A stretch of 55,835 nucleotides of DNA. Origin: Promethearchaeota archaeon (GTDB lineage Archaea; Asgardarchaeota; Lokiarchaeia; Sigyniarchaeales; SOKP01). The position numbers and the translations under genes were made by a program. Positions 1-9,652 of the stretch are shown in pieces (the stretch's first letter is position 1; each line of letters begins with the position of its first letter). The DNA lies in NCBI GenBank assembly GCA_008080735.1, contig SHMW01000020.1, forward strand, positions 1 to 55,835. Direction: 5' to 3'. The notes beneath the pieces were generated by a model. That model saw only the letters and a list, made by a program, of their open reading frames with translations. It was not told the DNA's origin and ran no database searches.

Positions 1-2598
1 AAGGGTGAGGCGTGGTTTGAGGAATACATCAAAGATAGGTTAGAAGAGGACGAACGAATGGTTTATATGGACGGGAAAAAGCAGCTCGTGTTCACATTAA
101 AGTACTATCGTGCCTTAGGGCAGTCCTCCGGGAACCAATTTATCGGATTTTTACAGGAACTACACGACAAGATTGTCACGGTCGATGTGCACCAAGAGCA
201 TTTCCAAGGTATCGTTCTACGGGATGGGAGTTTTAAGGATAAAGTAGGGTATAAAGAGAGGATTAAGGTCAGATATCCCGGGTTTAGTTGTAATAATTTT
301 GAGAAATTGCAATTTTATTTAAATAACGCCGAAGATGCGACCGAGCGAGAGCGAATGAGCATATTGATAACCCAACTCTCAGCTCTTAACCATTATATGT
401 TCCAGTGGGATAGATATTCATTAAGGGCGAAGAGAGAAGGTCTAGATATTTCTCCCGTAATACCTTCCGAGACTTTATTAAATTTATTTAGTGAGCCTAA
501 TGAATATTCTAAAGATTCTCATATTGAAAAGGTTTCGATACTCGCCCCAAGAGACGGCGACCCAATGTACGAAACCAGCAGCGTTATTTATCATGAACAA
601 AATCCGCAATTAGATTCCGAGCATGATCTTTACTGGGAAAACACTATCAATCGGATTTCTGTCGATGAGGATGGACATTTGAAACTCAATTTGGAAGATA
701 TGGAAAATACCGCCAGGATTAAAATGTTCTATAGTTCTTGGCTGGTGCTTATGCAGAATGCGATCTTAAAACCGGGGAATGTAGGCTTTTTAGCCAACCA
801 CGAAAATACCCTTTTTAAGGATGGCGACAGAGATAAACCTCTCACGTTTTCGGAGGGAGAGGAGTTCAATGAGGAAGACTTTAAAATTATTACGCAACTT
901 ACCGATATTATGGTTAAAATCTTTGGCTATCCCACCTTTGCGCTGATGAGTCTGGGTTTGGTCTCTTTTAGGCGGGATACGACAAGCGAGGAGATGAATA
1001 TAGAGTTTTTAAGTATTCCAGTTAAAGATTTTGCCACACTTCTTTCCGAGTTTAGTATAAAACATATTTTTTCATATGGAGATCCTGGAGATTTTAGTAG
1101 TGAACAAAATATAAAAATTATTTTTCGGAAAATACTTTTGGGATGCCTCTCGATGGGTCTTTTTCTAGACTTGAAGATTGACGGTTCATTTAGACGATTA
1201 AAAATAGCCGCACCCACTTCTCAAGGCTTCCTCTTTAACTATTTCGAACGATTTATGCCTCAACATCTTAAGGACTACGGGAAGGCATTAGATGGTATTT
1301 TGAGAAATGAATATGAACCCTATATGAGTTATATTGAATCTTCTTTTGATACGCTGCATACCGATGCAAGAGAGAAAGTTTATGAAGAATTAGCTCCGAA
1401 GCTGGAAACGGAAATTCAAGATTTTTTTAAAATTAAGAATGTTCGTAAAGTTAAGGCAGGAGATGAGACAAGTGCTGCGCTCAACATTTTCAAAAAAGAA
1501 ATTCTGACAATAGATATAAATAATGGACTTAATGATGAACAAATAGTATATTTTTTAAAATGGAGAAGATGGACCATAAGCAATGCAAGAGATGCTTTAA
1601 AACAATATCTTGTTGCGCCAACAGATTATTATGATTACCTAAAGGATATGCGAGAAGTATGGGAAAAGGGAGAGGGTATAAACCTCGATATAAAGGGTAA
1701 AAGAGAATCAAATCCGTTCCTCGCATCTGGGTTTATAACCTTAAAACTAAGCCATGAAGATCTTGATAATCTTTTCAATCCATTAAAACATTTCAATATT
1801 TATATTAGCTCCATATTCTCTGCCTATTCTAGCGTAGAAAATAAAATGGTTCCAAGAGGTTATTATCAGAGTTTTGATAGGCTCTGGAATTCAATCCCCA
1901 AATTTGAGGAAAAATTATCGTCGCTTTACGAGGAACTATACGAAGTGTTATTTAAAGATGGAAGTTCAGAGGAATTTTCGGTCAAATTCTTTAAGACAAA
2001 AGGAGGAGGGATTGATAAAAATTATAAATTATACAAAAGCTACAAAAATTTAGATTTTACCGAATTTGCATTTAATTTTAAAAGAAGTGAACCCAATGAG
2101 GTCCATAGTGCAGTGCAGAGCATTATTTTTTATTCTCTATTCTGTCCGCGAGTTATATCTCTAGTATATGATGGTAAAAAAACATTTACGAAAGCAGATC
2201 TGTTTTTAGCTACCGATCTCACCGAGACATATGATGCTAAATTCCTCAGAGAATATAGTGCCCTTAATAATAATTTAGAACCTAAAGCCTCGAAAGTAAA
2301 ATTCGATTTAATAGATCTTAAGAATACATTGCTGAACCAGGACGAACTTCCGATGTTTTTATACTGTAATCCGCCGAATCCCGATAATTTGGGAGAATTA
2401 GAAATCAATAACCGCGACGCTGTCACTCAACAGAAAATGCTCCAATACTGCGCCTTCAAGTTCATGAAGTTCTTGGTAGAAGGAGGATATGAGCTTAAAA
2501 TTGAAGATCTAACGGCTAATCAATATATCACCTTAAATAATCTCTATATTACACCAGGTGGTAAAGTTTACGAAAAATTAAGAGAAAATTTAAGGTGA
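1..2598 (+). CDS. Large hypothetical protein, 5'-truncated by the window edge (>=865 aa)
   Basis: Frame 1 is open from base 1 (AAG GGT GAG...) through the ATG at 58 to TGA at 2596-2598. No recognisable family motif. Confidence 0.75.
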   Translation, partial: KGEAWFEEYIKDRLEEDERMVYMDGKKQLVFTLKYYRALGQSSGNQFIGFLQELHDKIVTVDVHQEHFQGIVLRDGSFKDKVGYKERIKVRYPGFSCNNFEKLQFYLNNAEDATERERMSILITQLSALNHYMFQWDRYSLRAKREGLDISPVIPSETLLNLFSEPNEYSKDSHIEKVSILAPRDGDPMYETSSVIYHEQNPQLDSEHDLYWENTINRISVDEDGHLKLNLEDMENTARIKMFYSSWLVLMQNAILKPGNVGFLANHENTLFKDGDRDKPLTFSEGEEFNEEDFKIITQLTDIMVKIFGYPTFALMSLGLVSFRRDTTSEEMNIEFLSIPVKDFATLLSEFSIKHIFSYGDPGDFSSEQNIKIIFRKILLGCLSMGLFLDLKIDGSFRRLKIAAPTSQGFLFNYFERFMPQHLKDYGKALDGILRNEYEPYMSYIESSFDTLHTDAREKVYEELAPKLETEIQDFFKIKNVRKVKAGDETSAALNIFKKEILTIDINNGLNDEQIVYFLKWRRWTISNARDALKQYLVAPTDYYDYLKDMREVWEKGEGINLDIKGKRESNPFLASGFITLKLSHEDLDNLFNPLKHFNIYISSIFSAYSSVENKMVPRGYYQSFDRLWNSIPKFEEKLSSLYEELYEVLFKDGSSEEFSVKFFKTKGGGIDKNYKLYKSYKNLDFTEFAFNFKRSEPNEVHSAVQSIIFYSLFCPRVISLVYDGKKTFTKADLFLATDLTETYDAKFLREYSALNNNLEPKASKVKFDLIDLKNTLLNQDELPMFLYCNPPNPDNLGELEINNRDAVTQQKMLQYCAFKFMKFLVEGGYELKIEDLTANQYITLNNLYITPGGKVYEKLRENLR

Positions 2599-2600
2599 AA

Positions 2601-3734
2601 TTAATGAATCTCGACTCCTTTTTTTCTTAATTTTCGTATAATCTCATCAGTCTCAATATCAATATTATTACCATGTTTAACATCTAATCCAATAAAGTTC
2701 GGTAAATTCAAGACCTCTTCTGGAAGGTTAGTTATTTGATTGCGCCATAAACTGAGTACCCGAACATTTGAGACGGACGAAAATCCTTTTATATTTGTTA
2801 ATTGGTTATCATTCATATTTAGAACTCTTAAATTGGGCAACACACAGCCCGAAAAATCCACCGACCTCAATTTATTGTAGGATAAATTTAATTTTACCAG
2901 CTTCGGCAGTTTCAAATCTATTATTTCTTCGAGATTATTTTGAACAAGCTGCAATTCCCTCAAATCGGTCATATTATTAATCCATTCGGGGATGTTCTCT
3001 AAATCAAAACTACTACAGCATAAATACTTCAGTTTGGTTAATTTTTTTACTGGTTTTGGAATTCTACCCTTATGTTTACTTTTTACTCCCGAAATTTTCA
3101 GCTTAATTATCACGCCATTCTCAATCTGGTATGCGTCCCCTTGACCACTAATTGGTCCGTGGATTAAACGGAGACTTTGATCAATTTCCTTACCGATCTC
3201 CGAGATAATTGCCGTCAGATCGGGACCGATTATCGCCGTCAACTCCTCTGCCGATAATAGATCTAAATATCCTCGAACGCTTAAAAAGTTACGTGTCTTA
3301 TTCGTGCCATTTATATATCGTTTCGCGATCTCCTCTTTAAAGACGCGTCGTGCGCGCATGTCGCCCAACTCCGCAAGTTCTTCCAGCAGTGGAAATGCTA
3401 AATTCGAGTGAAGAAGGCGGGTATCATAGTCATGCTCCGCCCATGCTTGGAGGTTGGAGCAATGTCCCCAGAACATCTCCTCGGGTGTGATATCCAAATC
3501 TTTGTCGGTGAAATCTGGCTCCATTTCTCGGCTGAGTAATTCTGACGCCTCATCGATCGAATCTATTTCATTAACCCCTAACCTATTCGGCTCGACGATG
3601 AAAAGGTATTTACACTGTCGAAACTTCTGCCCGTTCACATAGATGATAGTCTCCCCATCTTCCAACCTCAATGTAAGAGAACGATTGATCTCATAAGTTG
3701 GAGGTTCCTTCACGGTCATTTTTGTGTTTCTCAT
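2601..3734 (-). CDS. Leucine-rich repeat protein with Lokiarchaeia-type N-terminal domain
   Basis: C-terminal LxxLxLxxNxL repeats (LRELQLVQNNL, LVKLNLSYNKL, LRVLNMNDNQL, VRVLSLWRNQI). N-terminal FWGHCSNLQAWAEHDYDTRLLHSNLAFPLL block recalled from Loki LRR paralogs. Confidence 0.85.
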   Translation of the reverse strand: MRNTKMTVKEPPTYEINRSLTLRLEDGETIIYVNGQKFRQCKYLFIVEPNRLGVNEIDSIDEASELLSREMEPDFTDKDLDITPEEMFWGHCSNLQAWAEHDYDTRLLHSNLAFPLLEELAELGDMRARRVFKEEIAKRYINGTNKTRNFLSVRGYLDLLSAEELTAIIGPDLTAIISEIGKEIDQSLRLIHGPISGQGDAYQIENGVIIKLKISGVKSKHKGRIPKPVKKLTKLKYLCCSSFDLENIPEWINNMTDLRELQLVQNNLEEIIDLKLPKLVKLNLSYNKLRSVDFSGCVLPNLRVLNMNDNQLTNIKGFSSVSNVRVLSLWRNQITNLPEEVLNLPNFIGLDVKHGNNIDIETDEIIRKLRKKGVEIH

Positions 3735-3895
3735 ATAATAATTAAATTTTAATATATTTAAAATTTAAATTAAATTACTTAAGGGAATTTTTGCCAAATG
3801 GGCTTTTATTTATTAATTTGGATTTGTACTTATAGTATGATCATCTATTCCCCCATTCTCCTTATTATCTAATATATAGGAGGCAGATAATATCG

Positions 3896-4927
3896 ATGAA
3901 TTCTCTGAAAACTAACTTGAAGGAAGCGTACTTTAAAAAAAAGGTCTGCCTACTTGGGGGTTTAGAAGAAATTAAGAATCAATTTCAAGATTATCTCAGT
4001 TCTAGTACACTTTCCATGGAAAACAAGAGAAATATCGGAGTCAACATTTCAAAGGTCGATTTGTTTTCCCAAAATCATAATTTTGAATATTTCCTATGGA
4101 ATATCAATTGCTCACGTGAAAAAGCATTTCTCAGAACTACCTTCTATACTGGAGCAGAAGCTTGTATAGTACTTATATCAGAGAATAAAGTCGAACAAAT
4201 AATTCGATATTTTCATGAGATCAAAACGCGTATTCCTATTGTCACGATTATATTTTGTATTGTCTTGAATAATAAAACAGCGGAAGAAGTACAAGAAGCT
4301 TATTTTAACTCCGGAAACTTTACGGATCTAATCAGAACTGAACAATTTAGAATCAATTCTATTACACACGCACGTGAAATTTTTGCACAAATTAGTGAAT
4401 TTTTCCTAAACAAAGTCGAGTCGAACTCCTACGATGATAATTTCGTTATAGATTTTATTTCCTTAGATAAACTTTCAGAGAAAAAAAATCTAAACTATGA
4501 ATGTGATGAGTATTATGAACCTACTCAAGGGATTTCCTATGAGCGTGCCCGAATAAACGCAAAAGCATTAAAACACTATCTTCAGCATCTAAATATCGAA
4601 TACGAAGAAATACAAGAAGATTGGATAAATATTTACAATCCTAATTTTGGAACATTTTCAATATTCCTAAGAAATGGAAACGTGTATTATACCCCAAAAA
4701 TGTGTGAGAAGTGCAAAGATACAAAATGCATGAAAAGGAGGCGCACTGAAAATTTCATATGTATCGAAGCTCGCACTGAGGGATGGAGTAATATCATAGA
4801 TTTGGGTCAAAAAGAACTATTGGTTCTTTCGAAAATTCTTATTTTGAAACATGCAAGTGAAGAAAGCTTACCTTTGAGCATTATAGAGCAGATCAATAAA
4901 TATAGAGAATGTTTAAGGTATAAATAG
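3896..4927 (+). CDS. Degenerate Ras/Rab-like GTPase-fold protein with Cys-rich C-terminal domain
   Basis: KKVCLLGG, NIGVNISK, YFLWNINC and FLRTTFYTGAEACIVL match Rab-like strand and switch patterns, but GKS/T, DxxG and NKxD are lost. C-terminal CEKCKDTKC...FIC. Confidence 0.6.
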   Translation: MNSLKTNLKEAYFKKKVCLLGGLEEIKNQFQDYLSSSTLSMENKRNIGVNISKVDLFSQNHNFEYFLWNINCSREKAFLRTTFYTGAEACIVLISENKVEQIIRYFHEIKTRIPIVTIIFCIVLNNKTAEEVQEAYFNSGNFTDLIRTEQFRINSITHAREIFAQISEFFLNKVESNSYDDNFVIDFISLDKLSEKKNLNYECDEYYEPTQGISYERARINAKALKHYLQHLNIEYEEIQEDWINIYNPNFGTFSIFLRNGNVYYTPKMCEKCKDTKCMKRRRTENFICIEARTEGWSNIIDLGQKELLVLSKILILKHASEESLPLSIIEQINKYRECLRYK

Positions 4928-5299
4928 TCAAAATGTTCATGCAATCTTCGATTAGTCCATACTTTTTATTATTTCGAAATGGCATTATTCTTCCTTGTTA
5001 TTTTTAAAAAGAAGTGGAAAAACCAATAATATTAAATTAGATTATTGAATATTTTTTTCAAGTAGTATATAATTTTTCTGAGTTTATATAAGGCTCTCAT
5101 GAATAGTGAACATGGATAAGATTTACAGAATATGGTCAATATTTAAACAAAAAAGATAAAAGTCATAAAAATGATGGGAAAACGGTCTCTTACATTAAAT
5201 AATGAAAAATTAATTGCTACATCCCTATCTAAATAAAATTAATAGTCAAAAAAAATAATTGTATTCAATTAACTCGTAAGTATAATAAAATTAATTAAA

Positions 5300-6676
5300 A
5301 TGAAAAAAGTAGAATTGGTTTTTAGGACCATAGGAGAACGCACTTCGGATATAGCGCTCGAATTTGCTCTCAAAAATATTAAGCCAGACAAGGTCCACAT
5401 AATTGAAGATATAAAGCCATTTGCCAAAGCGATGGAATATATCCTTAACATCGAATATGAAGGGGATTTTATCGTTTTTATGGATGCGGATTGTCTAATT
5501 ATGGAAAATATGAGAGAATTTCTTGATAAAAATGAAGAAGCCTATATTGATTGCTTTGTAATGGATAAATTTCGAGGAATTATTCACACGGGAATTCATA
5601 TAACAAGAAGAGATGTGGTTGAGGAAATGAAACAAATAAAAATTCCAGAAGAAGATCTCAAATACATTTTACGCCCCGAATCCCGATTAAGGAACATTGC
5701 TTTGGAAAAATTAGGAGAAAAGAAGATATTTAAGCGCTTTCGCATTTTCCACGATTTCTTTCAATATTATGAAGACATATATGTGAAATATGCGCTCAGA
5801 GAATTGAGAAGCCGAACAGAGCATAGGAAACTAAAATTAGAGCACTGTATGTCTAATTGGCATAACGAAGATTTAGATTATGTAATTGCCAGGCAAGCGG
5901 TTAAATACACCCGAAATTCTATATCTTTTAATGCTCCAGCTACTGAAATTGGCATCTATATTGAGAACCTTCCCCAGATCGCTAAGGAACAACTAACCTC
6001 ACTAAAGATTAAAGAAAAACCTAAATTAGAACTTCAAGAAGTATTAGATTTAAGGGTTGCCTATAATACTTTAGGTTCTATAGAAAATGATGAGAAGATC
6101 TTTTGTATTGGATTAAGTAGAACGGGAACTAAAAGTCTCACAGTCGCTCTCTATATTTTAGGATATAACATTATCCATTATCCCAGCGATAAAGCGACTT
6201 TTGATGAATTATCGAGCGGAAACTTTAGTCTCTCCGTGTTAAAAGATTATGACGGTATTTCTGATATTACAGTATCACCCTACTATGCTCAGTTAGATAA
6301 ACTCTTTCCTAATAGTAAATTTATTCTCACGATGAGAGATAAAGAAGCATGGTTAACCTCCTTTGAGCGACATTGGAGCGATCGGGATCCCTTTGAAGAC
6401 CCCACCCAGACAGAGACCTATATGAAAGTTAGACGGCTTTTACGGGCCAGTGTGTATGGAACCTATAAATTCAATCGAGAGAGAATGTCCTATGTTTTCG
6501 ACCTTCATACAAAAAATGTCTTGGATTACTTTAAGGATAAACCGGGAAAATTGTTGGTTCTTAACATTTTTGAAGAAGGTGTGTGGAAAAAGCTCTGCAA
6601 TTTTCTTAATCGCCCCGTGATAAGTTCACTTTTCCCCGATGTTAAAACCAATGAGCAATTATTTGAAATCATTTAG
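5300..6676 (+). CDS. Glycosyltransferase-like (GT-A, DxD) domain fused to a sulfotransferase domain
   Basis: N-terminal FIVFMDADC. C-terminal IFCIGLSRTGTKSL (PAPS-binding), KFILTMRDKEAWLTS and WKKLCNFL. Confidence 0.75.
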   Translation: MKKVELVFRTIGERTSDIALEFALKNIKPDKVHIIEDIKPFAKAMEYILNIEYEGDFIVFMDADCLIMENMREFLDKNEEAYIDCFVMDKFRGIIHTGIHITRRDVVEEMKQIKIPEEDLKYILRPESRLRNIALEKLGEKKIFKRFRIFHDFFQYYEDIYVKYALRELRSRTEHRKLKLEHCMSNWHNEDLDYVIARQAVKYTRNSISFNAPATEIGIYIENLPQIAKEQLTSLKIKEKPKLELQEVLDLRVAYNTLGSIENDEKIFCIGLSRTGTKSLTVALYILGYNIIHYPSDKATFDELSSGNFSLSVLKDYDGISDITVSPYYAQLDKLFPNSKFILTMRDKEAWLTSFERHWSDRDPFEDPTQTETYMKVRRLLRASVYGTYKFNRERMSYVFDLHTKNVLDYFKDKPGKLLVLNIFEEGVWKKLCNFLNRPVISSLFPDVKTNEQLFEII

Positions 6677-6745
6677 GTGTTTATAACTTATGCTCTCTAT
6701 ATTTTTGTTTCATTGACTTTTTCTTTTTGTTTTTATTTTATTCTT

Positions 6746-7633
6746 TTATTTTTCGTTCCATTTCATAGGAAGATTTATTTCACCTGCTTTTCGTTCGAAT
6801 AATTCGATCACATTCGAACTGAGTTCCTTTACCCAACGGAGGTCTAGCTTAATTGAAAGCGGATGATCTGAATAATAATATTTATTGCGTTCACTCAATT
6901 GAATATATTGTTTTTTTATATTCTCTTCTTGTGCTTTAATAATAAGGGACTGTGTACCGGTATTTCCTCCTAATGGATGATGCTCGTGATCATAGTAGCG
7001 TAGCATTTCATCCTCATAGATAATACCGAGAAATTGACATACGAATCTTATCGCTTTATCTGGCTCCGTGGCAAGTTCCTCATAATGGAGTTGAATTTTT
7101 GGGCCATTAAATCCTTGATAAAAAGAGTTTGTCTTTTTCATATGGCGAATCCAATCCTCGATAATTTCTTCAGGGTGAGTTGCTTTATACTTTCTGAGAC
7201 GTGAATTGATTACTGCCCGCCCGTCTCTTAAAAGATAAATTAGATACGTCTCTGATGGAGTATTTGCCAATTTATTTAGCTGAGTTTTTATCCACTCAAG
7301 CTTTTTAGTAGAATCAATCACAATCGATTTTCCGGTTTTTTTAGAAAGAAGAGGGTAGATATTCAAGTCCCCCTTATATATGAGACCTCCCCATACGTCA
7401 CAGCTCGGTCCACAAACTTTACAATATCTGTCTGGATTTTCCATATCGGAACTCAGAAATATCACTTTATTCGCCTCTCCTGCGTAAAAACATCGAGAAT
7501 GACTTCCTAAAATCAATCCTAATAAGGTGGAACCTGAATGAGGAGCACCACAAATAAATACTACCTTCTGAGGATGAAATGTATTCTCTTCATTTATCTC
7601 CTCAGAATTTCGAACTTTCATTAGAGAGCTCAC
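6746..7633 (-). CDS. Sulfotransferase family protein
   Basis: VFICGAPHSGSTLL, VIDSTK, IYLLRDGRAVINS, LHYEELATEP and VCQFLGI motifs, with a CxxCxxxC insert. Confidence 0.85.
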   Translation of the reverse strand: MSSLMKVRNSEEINEENTFHPQKVVFICGAPHSGSTLLGLILGSHSRCFYAGEANKVIFLSSDMENPDRYCKVCGPSCDVWGGLIYKGDLNIYPLLSKKTGKSIVIDSTKKLEWIKTQLNKLANTPSETYLIYLLRDGRAVINSRLRKYKATHPEEIIEDWIRHMKKTNSFYQGFNGPKIQLHYEELATEPDKAIRFVCQFLGIIYEDEMLRYYDHEHHPLGGNTGTQSLIIKAQEENIKKQYIQLSERNKYYYSDHPLSIKLDLRWVKELSSNVIELFERKAGEINLPMKWNEK

Positions 7634-7712
7634 TGGGTTTTAACTTAAATTTAATAAGATTTTTATATTATCTAAGAGTAATAAATGAAATTACTATTTA
7701 AAGAAAACGGAT

Positions 7713-8144
7713 GTGAATACTATGACTGTCGAAATTAAGACATTTTCTCTAAGCACAGAACCCTATTGCGATATCATCAATATCACCGATAAAGTTCAAA
7801 ATATGGTAAGAGAAAGTAATATCTCCAATGGATTGGTAAATGTCCATGTTGCTGGCTCTACTGGTGGAATTTCAACCACCGAATATGAACCTGGATTGGT
7901 AAAAACCGATATTGAAGAGTTTCTCGAAAAAATCATCCCCTATGACAAGGATTATGCCCATCATAACACATGGGGTGACCATAATGGTGCGGGTCATTTG
8001 CGATCGTTTCTCATCGGCTCCTCAGAGACATTCCCCATACAGAATGGAAAAGTAGTCCATGGAACATGGCAACAGATAATCTATCTGGAGTTTGACGAAA
8101 AACCACGAAATCGGAAAATCTACTGTACTATTATCGGAGAATAA
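7713..8144 (+). CDS. YjbQ/UPF0047 family protein
   Basis: GSTGGISTTEYEPGL, HHNTWGDHNGAGHLRS and GTWQQIIYLEFD. Confidence 0.9.
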   Translation: MNTMTVEIKTFSLSTEPYCDIINITDKVQNMVRESNISNGLVNVHVAGSTGGISTTEYEPGLVKTDIEEFLEKIIPYDKDYAHHNTWGDHNGAGHLRSFLIGSSETFPIQNGKVVHGTWQQIIYLEFDEKPRNRKIYCTIIGE

Positions 8145-8231
8145 AAGGTTAAAAGTTATTAGATATTAATCTTCTCTCTTTTTTATCTACTTTTTTCGAC
8201 GAAAAAGACGAGATTTTATGCCTATTAGCAC

Positions 8232-8429
8232 TTATTCCTGTGTCTTGGAACGATCTCGTAATTCGTTTATCAGCTCTTTATAGGCTTCCCGATAATAGAC
8301 CTCTTCGAAACTTTCGATACAATTTCTAATCTGTGCTCGAAATGAGATAAGACTCTTATCTAAAAACTCCTCTTTTCTTTTAATTTGAAATTTCAAATTT
8401 CTCAAAAAATTGGTGGGTTCCTCAATCAC
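8232..8429 (-). CDS. Small hypothetical helical protein
   Basis: 65-aa ORF in otherwise intergenic space with charged, protein-like composition. Confidence 0.4.
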   Translation of the reverse strand: MIEEPTNFLRNLKFQIKRKEEFLDKSLISFRAQIRNCIESFEEVYYREAYKELINELRDRSKTQE

Positions 8430-8678
8430 TTTAACTCATTTATCCTTTTTAGTTTTCTTTAATAAAAACAGAGAAGATTTCAAATAAAAAAGTGAATAAC
8501 ATTCAAATATTATCGAAATAATATCGAGAATAGAGACTCATTAAATATTCATATCCCAAAAAAACAACAAATTTAAATAAAGCTCTCGAATATTAATTTA
8601 TCATTTCCACAAATTTTTAACCAACATCTTTTATTATTTAAGTAAGCTATACCTATACCATAGAAAAGTGTCATTAGA

Positions 8679-9608
8679 ATGGAAGACGCAATCAAAGTCA
8701 TTGTAAGTGGGCTCCATAACGCTGGAAAGACAAGTATCTTAACAGCCTTAGATAAGAAATATGATTTCCGAGATGAAATCCTAGAATTAAAACCTACCAT
8801 ACGAGTAGAATATAAAAAGACGAGTTTCCTCGGACGAGAGGCTATATTCTGGGATATGGGCGGTCAAGAGAAATATCGTGAGATGTATCTTTCAAACGCG
8901 GATATCTATTTTTCTGAAACCGATTTGCTTTTGTATGTGATGGATATTCAAGACCAAGAAAAATTTCAAGCTTCGCTTGACTATTTTGATTCTATAGTTA
9001 GCTATTTTAAAAAAAACGATATGGATATCCCAATTATTATATCATTCCACAAATATGATCCCGAAGTCCGTACCTATGAAGAAATCAACGAAGATATTCT
9101 TTATTTGCGGGAAAAAATCAAAGAAGAACACCCTTCATTTAACATCCTCTTTCAACAAACCTCTATTTATGATGTAATTTCGATCGTCCAGTTAATATCC
9201 TACGGACTTTCCATTTTTGATGAAAAATTTTTTGAACTGTCGCTCTTGATGGAAAAATCATTAGGGGAGTTTAATTGTACTTCACTCATTTTATTTGATA
9301 AGAACGGAATTATCATCAGCGAATTTTACAGCGAAGATATTGATCCCGGCATTTATGTATATTTACTCGAAGCAATTAAGGAACATCTTTTCCTATTGAA
9401 ACGAATACAAGAGGAAAACTACGAACACAATAAAAATTTTCTCACAATCGAAAATGAGCTAGTGTCATATCTGCACGGGATTGATATTCACGATGAGAGT
9501 TTTTTTATTTCTGCGCTTTTACAAGAAAGATTTAAGGAACCTTTTCTCACCCAATTTCCCGAATTTTTAGGTGAAATAAAGGATATTCTCAATGCGCTCT
9601 TAGAGTAA
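8679..9608 (+). CDS. Arf/Rag(Gtr)-like small GTPase with C-terminal roadblock/longin-like domain
   Basis: G1 GLHNAGKTS, G2 PT, G3 WDMGGQ, G4 HKYD (HKxD as in Rag/Gtr). C-terminal LILFDKNGIIISE. Confidence 0.8.
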   Translation: MEDAIKVIVSGLHNAGKTSILTALDKKYDFRDEILELKPTIRVEYKKTSFLGREAIFWDMGGQEKYREMYLSNADIYFSETDLLLYVMDIQDQEKFQASLDYFDSIVSYFKKNDMDIPIIISFHKYDPEVRTYEEINEDILYLREKIKEEHPSFNILFQQTSIYDVISIVQLISYGLSIFDEKFFELSLLMEKSLGEFNCTSLILFDKNGIIISEFYSEDIDPGIYVYLLEAIKEHLFLLKRIQEENYEHNKNFLTIENELVSYLHGIDIHDESFFISALLQERFKEPFLTQFPEFLGEIKDILNALLE

Positions 9609-9652
9609 AAGTAGAAAGGGAGATTATAAGAAAAAAGTGGAGTTAATCGCTA

